From: the human T2T-CHM13v2.0 reference genome, Homo sapiens
NCBI RefSeq assembly: GCF_009914755.1
Contig: NC_060936.1
Strand: one strand, 5' to 3'
Length of the DNA stretch: 64,000 nt
Shown here: one piece after another, positions 55,301-64,000 of the stretch
How positions within the stretch are numbered: the first letter of the stretch is position 1
Layout of the letters: every line of letters begins with the position of its first letter
The notes under the pieces: model-generated
Told to the model about the DNA's origin: nothing
The model's input: only the letters and a program-made list of their open reading frames with translations
Database searches by the model: none
Made by a program: the position numbers and the translations under genes

Positions 55301-57388
55301 GGCACCAGAGTTGGGGAGTTTTAAGAGGTTTAGAAGCCTGGCTGTCAATACGCACAACAGTTATGGAAGCAAGGGAAACAGGCCCTTGAAAAGAAGGTAA
55401 TGCGGAGTGGGTAGCCTCTGTATTGATTAAGAAGGGGACGGACTTACCCTCCACTGTGAGAGTTAACCGAAGCTGGGCATCCGTGATGGTCTAGGGGGCT
55501 TCCGAGGCAATCGGGCAGTGTCAGTCTTCAGCTGCTAAGCCAAGAAGATCTGGGAAGTAGTCAGCCAGAGAGCCTTGGGCCAGAGTTCCAGGGGCTCTGG
55601 GAGTGGCTGCCAGGTGAGTTGAACAGTCCGATTTCCAGTAGGGTCCAGCACAGATAGGACATTTAGGAGGAATCCCAGGCTGCGGGCATTCCTTGGCTTG
55701 GTGGCCAGATTTTTGGCACTTGTAGCAAGCTCCTGGGGGAGGAGGTTCTGGAGGAATGCCTGGCCACTGCAGTTTAGGTGTTTGGAAGTTCTTGTGTGCT
55801 GGAGATATGACTGGGGTTTGTCTCACCGTGGAGGCAAGGAATTGCAACTTTTTTCTATTATTGTACACCTTGAAGGTGAGGTTAATTAAGTCCTGTTGTG
55901 GAGTTTGAGGGCCGGAATTTAATTTTTGGAGTTTTATTTAATGTCGGGAGCAGATTGGGTAATAAAATGTATATTGAGTGTAAGACGGCCTTTTGACCTC
56001 TTAGGGTCTAGGGCTGTAAAGCGTCTCAGGGTTGCTGCCAAACGAGCCATGAACTGGGCTGGGTTTTTATATTTGATGAAAAAGAGCCTAAACGCTATCT
56101 GATTTGGGATAAAGAAAAAGGAACATTAACCTTGACTATGCCTTTAGCTCCAGCCACGTTTTTAAGAGGAAATTGCTGGGCAGGTGGGGGAGGGCTAGTC
56201 ACAGAATGAAACTGTAAGCCGGACTGCGTGTGAGGAGGGGAGGTGATAAAAGGATTATAGGGTGGTGGAGCGGAGGCTGAGGAAGAAATGGGACTTAGCT
56301 TGGCCTGGCAAGGAGGGGAGAGGTCAGATAGGTCTGTAGAAAAGGAAGATTAGAAAGACTCAGCAACACTTGGGGTTGGGACTGAGGGGACAGGTGGGAG
56401 GGAAAGAAGGAAGATTTGGGATGAGTTGCATTGGGAACAGAGACTAGGGAGGGCCCGATGTGTAAAAGAATGCCTGGACGTCAGGCACCTCAGACCATTT
56501 GCCCATTTCACGACAAGAATTATTTAGATCTTGTAGGATGGAAAAATTGAAAGTGCCGTTTTCTGGCTATTTGGAACTACTGTCGAGTTTGTATTGGGTC
56601 AAACAGCATTTCAGAAGAAAGTAAGAAGCTTAGATTTTAGGTCAGGTGAGAGTTGAAGAGGTTTTAAGTTCTTAAGAACACAGGCTAAGGGAGAAGAAGG
56701 AGGAATGGAAGGTGGAAGGTTGCCTATAGTGAAGGAGGCAGGTTTAAAGAGAAGGGTAGAGACATGGAGGGAAGGGGTTCGGGAGTTCTTACCCTCCAGA
56801 AAAGCAGGAAACGGGTTGGGGCATGGAAATAAGGGGTTGGGGTGCAGAGATAAGAGGTCAGGCCATGGAAATAAGGGATCAGGGTGCAGAGATAAAAGGT
56901 TGGGGTGTGGAAATAAGGGATTGGGGGTTCTTGCCCCCTAGAAAAGTGGGACTTGCCGCTAAGGGTGAAGGACCAAGGCAGGCGTCCCTGCGTGGTCTGA
57001 CACCTCTGAAACATGGGTGAATAATCAGAGAGGCATCCCTGGAATGACTAAACACCAAGGGAAGGCTGCCTTCCCAGTCCGTGACCCACGCCGGAGTTTT
57101 GGGTCCACGGATAAAACATGTCTCCTTTGTCTCTACCAGAAAATGAAAGGAATTGAAATTAAGAGAAGGGAGAGATTGAAGTGTGGCGCCAAGATTGAAA
57201 GGAGAAAGAGGTTGAGGGATAGTGAGGGAGGTTGGAGAAGAGAGTAAAAAGAGGCCGCTTACCAGATTTGAAATTGGTGAGATGTTTCTTGGGCTGGTCG
57301 GTCTGAGGACCTGAGGTCGTAGGTGGATCTTTCTCACAGAGCAAAGAGCAGGAGGACAGGGGATTGATCTCCCAAGGGAGGTCCCCCG

Positions 57389-57406
57389 ATCTGAGTCACG
57401 GCACCA
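57389..57406 (-). other. Primer binding site complementary to tRNA-His
   Basis: TGGTGCCGTGACTCAGAT, one mismatch to TGGTGCCGTGACTCGGAT. Confidence 0.93.
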
Positions 57407-57408
57407 AA

Positions 57409-57810
57409 TTTCATGCGCGTCTGTGTAAAGAGACCACCAAACAGGCTTTGTGTGAGCAATAAAGCTTTTAATCACCTGGGTGCAGGTGGGCTGAGTCCAA
57501 AAAGAGAGTCAGCAAAGGGAGATAGGGGTGGGGCCATTTTATAGAATTTGGGTAGGTAAAGGAAAAAGGGGGGTTGTTCTCTGGTGGGCAGGATTGGGGG
57601 TCACAAGGTGCTCAGTAGGGGAGCTTTTGAGCCAGGATGAGCCAGGAGAAGGAATTTCACAAGACAATGTCATCAGTTAAGGCAGGAACAGGCCGTTTTC
57701 ACTTCTTTTGTGGTGGAATGTCATCAGTTAAGGCAGGAACCAGCCATCTGGGTGTGTACATGCAGGTCACAGGGGATATGATGGCTTAGCTTGGGCTCAG
57801 AGGCCTGACA
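57409..57810 (-). promoter_or_regulatory. HERV-H 5' LTR (LTR7-type promoter)
   Basis: TGTCAGGCCTCTGAGCC...GCGCATGAAA on minus; adjacent to the PBS. Confidence 0.93.
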
Positions 57811-58749
57811 ATTACTACCTCTAGAATATAAGACTTGTAGTTATTTGGCCTTTGCAGAGATTTTCTCGCCCTTGGATTTCTGTGGGTGTTGTTTTGACCA
57901 CTTCCAACCCAGAAAAGCGCACCATGAGTTCTCTGTGGCTCCCAGCAAGACCTTGATAAGGCCCCAAACTCTGACACTTGCTGGGGTTCACAGCGTAACG
58001 AGGGTCCCCGTTTCTTGGAAAATCTGCATAGCCCCACATGCATGAATAAAAGCACATTTCATTTAGCTGAGCAAACACACACAGACTTATAATTGCTTTT
58101 ATCTTTTACCACTGTAGCCACCAGAGGCCTCCCAAATTGTGGTTGATTTCACTGTCAGTGGAAATCTACTGGGAATTAACAAAAAATTATTTTAAAATTG
58201 AATAGAATGTCTGCAAAAGTTCAAAGTCTGTTACCTTGTTCATTCAACATCGCTATTCATGCAAAATGTCATGCAAATCAGTTCTTATTTACTGAGTACT
58301 TTGCTTCAGTACCCAAAAAAATGCTAAGAAAAAAATTGCTTATGTTTAGCCATCTATTTTTCCAAAAATAGGACAGCAATTAAAGTAGTACCACATGATG
58401 TGACTGATGATATCAGTACAGAAAAAGAACACCATCTCGGTGCATGGTGCTCAGGGCTGAGCATCTGTCTCTCATCAGGGACTGAATGGGGCGTCAAGAA
58501 GAGAAGTCCAGGAGCACTAGGACAGTGAGCAATGTAGATGTGATGCAGGGCACAGAATCATGAAAGTACCCTTTGTGGTGAGCAATCATGACAAATGTGT
58601 CTTCCAACAGGGCACCTCAGAGATCCCTTGGGAAATTGATTTCACCTCTCTGGGCCTCAGTTTCTTCTTTGACAAAAAAGAAGAGGGCATATTTTGGGCT
58701 ATGCGATTTCTGTCTTTACAATTCTAAGACAGTTTTCTAAAATATTTAG

Positions 58750-58970
58750 AACCACTTATCGTGCGTATGTTATATGCAATTGCAACACAAGGTGCATTGC
58801 AAAGGTCTTCTTAACCCTCATCTAACGCTTTGGGGTAGGAATAGACAGCTCCATTTTTCAGATGCTGAAACAAAGCTCAAGGAAGTTAAGTCACTTGCCA
58901 ATGGTCACACAACTTGGAGGGGGCAAAGTCAGGTTTCACACTCAGATCAGTTTGATTCTAAAACTTCTCA
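58750..58970 (-). mobile_element. MIR SINE
   Basis: ccatttttcagatgctgaaacaaagctc...gttaagtcacttgcc. Confidence 0.75.
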
Positions 58971-59054
58971 TTGCCTGATCCTGTCTTTCATGCATTCCCC
59001 AAATGAGAGAGTAAAGTTAACTAACCTAAGGAATTTAGCTCCTGGGGTGTAGCT

Positions 59055-59574
59055 GTATCAGTTTGGAATTGCACAAGTGGTAAGGAACAGGCCAAATAAA
59101 TAAAGGCTTAAGCACACATGAGCTTATTCTCTCACATGAAAGTGTGGAGATCGGCAGTCTAGGACAGGTGAGGTGGCACTGGAGCCACTAGGGCCTCTGT
59201 CTCCTTCCGTCTTTCTGCTTCACTGTTCTTGGATGTGATTTCCATTCTTAAGACTGATTCATGGTCCAAGATGGCTGATGGAGATGCAGCTATCACATTT
59301 AGGTTGCAGGAGGAAAGCAGAAGAATACAGTAGGCAGGGACTCCAAGCTGGGTTATCTCCCTTGAAGCAGCATTTCAGAAGTTCCACACAGCTCCTCTGC
59401 TTATATCTCATTGGTCAGTTTTAGTCACATGGCCACAACATAGTGGTGAAATGTAAAGCAGAGAAATGGAATCTTTATTCTGGGTGGCAAACTTTACAGC
59501 TAAACACTAGGGTTTATGTTATTAAGGAAGAAGAGAGAGTGGGTATTGGGAAGCAAATCTCAGTCTTTGCCACA
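59055..59574 (-). mobile_element. Old MLT1 LTR (MLT1K/L-like)
   Basis: tgtatcagt...tttgccaca termini; tctcattgg...gtcacatggcca motif. Confidence 0.7.
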
Positions 59575-59689
59575 ATAATCAATTCCACAGCTACCCTCAG
59601 CTCTTTTCTGCTGATGGAGCCTGGCTTTGATCAAATTTCTACCTCTCCTTAGCCTCTCAGGTAATCCTGAATAGTCAAAGTCAGTCACA

Positions 59690-60072
59690 GTGGTATCACT
59701 CATCATACCTGGGATTTGGTGGTGATTAGCATGTAAACTAGTTTTGGATAATGAGATATGAAAGGGCTACTGGGAGAGGCTTCTTTGCTTTTAACAAAGA
59801 GATGCTTGGGAAGAGACTGACTTTCTTCTTCAACTAGACATTGTATTGTCTGGCAATAACACCTGGAAATCTAGTAGCCATCTTTGTAATCATATAGAGA
59901 ACCTACATCTGAGGACAAAGCTGTACCTGGAGGATGGCAGAGGGGAAAGTCAGAAAGAACCGGGAATGAACTGACCAACTCTGGACTTCTTATGAAGTGC
60001 TTTTCCATATTGTTTAAGCCAGTCGAATCAGGGTGTTGTTTAACTTGCAGCTAAAGGAATCCTGACTGATGT
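59690..60072 (+). mobile_element. Old MLT1 LTR fragment
   Basis: tgtttaagcca...acttgcagctaaaggaatcctgactgat 3' end. Confidence 0.65.
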
Positions 60073-60116
60073 GCAGGAGAAGGAGAAAAGTGACCCATTA
60101 CCCATTTCTTTATGCT

Positions 60117-60500
60117 TGTATGAGTCTGATCTCACATTGCTATAAAGAACTACCAGAGACTGGGTCATTTATAAAGAAAAGAGGTTGAATTGACTCACAG
60201 TTCTGCAGGCTGCACAAGAAGCATGGCTGGGGAGGCCTCAGGAAACTTACAACCATGGCAGAAGGTGAAGGGGAAGCAGCCACATCTTACATGGCTGGAG
60301 AAAGAGGAAGAGAGAGCAGGGGGAAGTGCTACACACTTTTAAACAACCAGATCTCATGAGAACTCATTCACTATCACGAGAACAGCAAGGGGGAGATCTG
60401 CCCCCATGATCCAGTCACCTCCCACTAGGGCCCTCCTCCAACACTGGGGATTACAATTCGACATGAGATGTGAATGGCGACACAAACTCAAACCAAATCA
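60117..60500 (-). mobile_element. MSTA-like MaLR solo LTR
   Basis: tgtatgagtc...aaaccaaatca termini; near-TSD atgct/atgcc. Confidence 0.88.
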
Positions 60501-61349
60501 ATGCCCTTGGGATGGCAAGCTAGACATCAATCTGTGCCTGTCTTTGAGTTGTACTCTCTGTATTCTGTTTCTTACAAGGAGTATCTTTGCTTTTTATTTC
60601 TAAGGAGAGAATATCTTGAGATAGAGTATTTAACAGCTCAGATTAGAATCAGAATATTTCAGGATTACAAGGGACTAAACTCCCTTGCTCAAGGCTCTGA
60701 GAGAGTCAGTGATTTTCCTAGGGTCACACATTTAGTTAGGGGTAGAATTTGGACCAGGAGCCAGGCCTTCTGAAGACCTCCCAGTTCTTCAATCTCTCTC
60801 TTTGTTTGCCTCCAGTCCAACCACTACTGAAAGGTCTGGAATGCTGTTGGTCCTGTGTTGGTCGTGGTTAGGACTCTTTTTCCTTAGAGACGGCCTCTGT
60901 GACCATGTCTTTCTGCCCTTTCCTTGTAACTCCTCTTGATTCCAGGCATCAGGGCCCATCATGTTGAGAATGTAACTTAAAACTGTAGGCAGGGGTGATT
61001 TTCAGCTTCAGCTGTTGCCAACCACATCAGCCATGGCTGTCACCCTGCCTCCCTGCCTTCTCTGCCAACGCACACTGGAAATCATTCAGATGGCCATGTC
61101 ACCTTCTCCGGGAATCGGAACCCAAAGGGTTTCGGAGCACTCAAGCCCCATCTGCTCCTCATTCCAGACCATGTCATGTCACAGTTACTCCCAATCCTGT
61201 CTCATTTTGCCAGGCGGTGCACACCAGACTGAGAAAAACTCCCCCAGTGAGTGTCAGAAGTGTGTGCAGCTGTACGGGGCGGTGGGGGAGACGCCCTGGG
61301 ACCTAGGTGACAGGCTCAGTCAGGCTATGTGGATCTCTTCAAGACAGGC

Positions 61350-61560
61350 AGTGTGGCAGTCGTAGGCTGGAAGTCAGACAGACCCGGCTCAACCTGTTGC
61401 GAACTGTAAGAACTGAGACAGGCTATTCAAATTCCTCCAGCCTTAGTTTTCTCACCTGTAAATGGAGCATAACAATACCTGTCTTGTGGAATTCTAGTAA
61501 ATACTAAATGATATAATGTCCATAAAGTATCTAACAGACACTCAATAGACTATTAATTTG
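61350..61560 (+). mobile_element. MIR SINE
   Basis: ccttagttttctcacctgtaaatggag core. Confidence 0.7.
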
Positions 61561-61684
61561 AGGAAATATCTAGGAGGCACTCGATAGACTATTAATTAAA
61601 AAATAAACTTTTGTCATGAAGATTATAATAGCATTTAGGCTTCAATTTGTGTCTTGTTTTTTCCTAGTTAATACTCTTTGCTCA

Positions 61685-61880
61685 GCTGGGCTTGGTGGCT
61701 CATACCTAAGTAGTCCCAGCTACTCAGGAGGCTGAGATGGGAGGATCACTTGAGCTCAAGAGTTTGAGGCTGCAGTGAGCTATGACTGCACCCTTGTGCT
61801 CCAGCCTGGGCAACAGAGAGACTCAGTCTCTCAAAAACAAACGAACAATCAATCAATCAAACAAACAACAACCAAAAAAC
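61685..61880 (+). mobile_element. Alu monomer (FAM/FRAM-like) with a (CAAA/CAAT)n tail
   Basis: Flanks actctttgctc / actctttgttc. Confidence 0.85.
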
Positions 61881-63379
61881 CCAACTCTTTGTTCTTCGTT
61901 TACTTGATACTTACGGGTTCCTTGGGATCTAAGGAAGAGGTTAAGTCTCCTCCTGCCCAATCATAGCTTCTTAGCATGAAGGGAACTTGGAGTTCTCTAA
62001 CCTGATCTGCTTGGTCCTGACCTCTCATGGACTCTGCTTAGCAAACAGGACCAAGACAAAGGAAGTCAACCCAACAGGTGGAGTTTGTTTTTCCATAACC
62101 CCATGAGTTATTTTCATCCCACCAGAAGAAAATGTCTCCCAAGAGACCACTGAGGTACCATAAAAAGCAGCAGCACCCGGGTGAGGGCCTATGGTGGCCA
62201 TTAGCCCGCTAAGCCATCTTATTTCTCCCTAACTACGCCAGCCACTGCTCTGATTCTTAATCAACTGGGCTGCCCCTTTCCTCTGAGATCCCTTGGATCT
62301 CATCTGGTCTTTCAAAGGGTAGACAACCCTAGAGAGAGGACAGCCTCAGGTATTGTCTTAATCACCTTAGGAAGAGATTAAACCAAAGGAATGAACTGGG
62401 CAAATAACAGAAATGATCCCCCTTTTTCTCTGTCCACTGAGAGTTCCATCTTCTGAAATGTTGACCTACCTAATGTGACCTTGAGAACTTAATATTATCT
62501 TTGATGTTTACCATCCTCCCTGGAGACAGAACGAAGAGGATCGAGGACCTTGAGCTTTCTCTTGAGTCCCTTGGATGTGATCAACAATGACATCATTATA
62601 GCTGGTGAATTTGGTTAATTCTGTTAGTGTTCTCGATTTAATTGCAGTGGTCATATTAGCTTCCATTCAAACACTGCCATATGGCTCTCCTCTTGCTATT
62701 AGTCTCGTGTCTGAACTGGTGACTTAGGGATACCAGTTCTCCACTATGGGGAGCAGGATGTCCACATCCGCACAAGCATTCTTGAATAAACCTCATCATT
62801 CAGGGAATACCTTTCATGATTTCTACTGAAAAGAAAATAGGCCAAGGAAATAATAAATGAAAAAAAGCTAAATAGATTCTTAAAAGGGAACATTTGCTAT
62901 CTCAAGATTTAAGTACCTGGAGGATAGTTGATGACAAAGCCAGTTAGTCCTCCTACCATGGGGACACTTGAAAGGTCTTCATTAGGCACTTGTTTCAGAG
63001 ATTGGTAGGGGCTTACGGAACAAAAGCTGCTGGGCAGAGATTTCACTGCAGTGTCAGAGGGCCAGCCCCTGAAGCCTTCTCAAAGTCCCTGTTCTTTTTT
63101 GGCCATCTGGTCTTAAGTACCAGAGGACATGCTGGGAATTGGTGAAGGACAGAGAGAGATGTCTTCAGGAGCATGGTCCACTGAGGCTCTTGTGACACAA
63201 GTGGCTGTCTTTAATTTGCCCAGAGTTTTAAATGGGAGAGTGGGCACTGGCTCTGTGTTGCCCCGATGTGATCCTGCCTCCGCGAGTCCTCCCTTTTCCC
63301 CAGTGCTTTACGCTTCTCTCTGGAGGCAGTAGATGGCTCTCTTGGGTACTGATTTCTCCATCATTTGCTCACTCACACC

Positions 63380-63700
63380 TCCAATTCTTTTGCTGTTTTT
63401 CTTGTTTTCCCCCCTAAAGTGTATTCATGAATATAGATCCCTCCCTCTTATGTTCATTGTTTCTTTACTTCTCCATCAGCTTTTTCATTCTCCAGTTTTC
63501 AGCCTTTTCTGGTCTCTCCCTCTCATCTTCATCCTCCAATCTGCCCTTTCCTCTCTCAAGCTCTCCTTCTCCTCTGTATTCTACTCACCATTTTAATTCT
63601 GTATTCTCTCTCTCTGATTTCCATCCTAATATCTCCATCTTTTTGTCTTCTCTTTTTACCCCTTTCTCTCTGTCTCTTCTCCACAAAGCACTCTCTGAAA
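63380..63700. repeat. CT-rich low-complexity region
   Basis: Directly visible pyrimidine bias. Confidence 0.8.
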
Positions 63701-64000
63701 GCTGAGTGTGTGTTAAGATAGACTTTATCCGTGCTTTGATAAAAACAAGAACTCAACGCAGAAATATTTTACCCAGACAGCCTTAGCTCTCCGTTAATCT
63801 TTAGGCTCAGCGGTGGCTTGCACGCTCATGTCCCATGTTGTTATTCCACAGGCATATATTTAAGGTTGTATTTCACTCCAGGATAAGATTGATTTTTCCA
63901 AGATTAGTTATTAGTTCCTGAAGTGGGCCGTTATTATGGATGAGGAAGCTAAGTGGATTGAGCTTGGTGTTGTACGAAATACATAACAACCAAGCCGGAA

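Larger units (their letters stand above)
51924..57810 (-). mobile_element. HERV-H provirus (common ~5.9-kb deleted form) with two LTR7-type LTRs
   Basis: TSD ATTAC at 51919-51923 / 57811-57815; tRNA-His PBS; gag CCHC knuckle CYKCQKSGHQAKEC; inactive protease FLINTEA; RT QYIDD (YIDD at 54526-54537); frameshifted pol. Confidence 0.97.

Noticed and set aside
53797-55868. HERV-H gag/pro/pol ORF fragments as functional proteins
   Set aside because: Split across frames, and the protease catalytic DTG is replaced by NTE
56813-56927. ~20-bp tandem units (ggaaataaggg / gcagagataa)
   Set aside because: Normal repeat region of the HERV-H leader
56879-57475. 198-aa minus-strand ORF
   Set aside because: Spans the HERV-H LTR end, PBS and leader; non-ATG start; no recognisable domain
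61525-61597. 39-bp-period duplication (cactcRatagactattaatt)
   Set aside because: Small slippage duplication at a MIR end; no further structure

Overview
Primate (very probably human) genomic DNA, not prokaryotic. The left end holds the four coding exons and 3'UTR of EMP1 (epithelial membrane protein 1, PMP22/EMP/claudin superfamily) on the + strand. The complete 157-aa CDS is 3805-3882, 5773-5869, 5975-6115 and 6828-6985; the promoter and first exon are not identifiable in this window. The remaining ~52 kb has no recognisable protein-coding gene and is dominated by transposable elements. These include a two-LTR HERV-H/LTR7 provirus (51924-57810, minus strand, ATTAC target-site duplication [TSD], tRNA-His primer-binding site), an old ERV-L provirus with MLT2 LTRs (34085-43027, minus strand) carrying nested LTRs, Alus and an L1 fragment, and THE1/MST/MLT1/MER57 LTRs, MER6, L2, L3, MIR and Alu copies. 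Repeat subfamily names come from recalled consensus sequences and need RepeatMasker/Dfam confirmation. The least explained signals are three short local copy events: a 32-bp direct copy, a ~160-bp direct copy with TSD-like flanks, and a 96-bp inverted copy. Each appears pasted into an older repeat 0.9-1.6 kb from its template. Also notable are a frame-preserving, stop-free 105-nt EMP1 intron with a weak donor, an RNA G-quadruplex motif just after the EMP1 stop, and a perfect CTCF core motif downstream of the HERV-H. I found no evidence for a wholly new gene or biological system.
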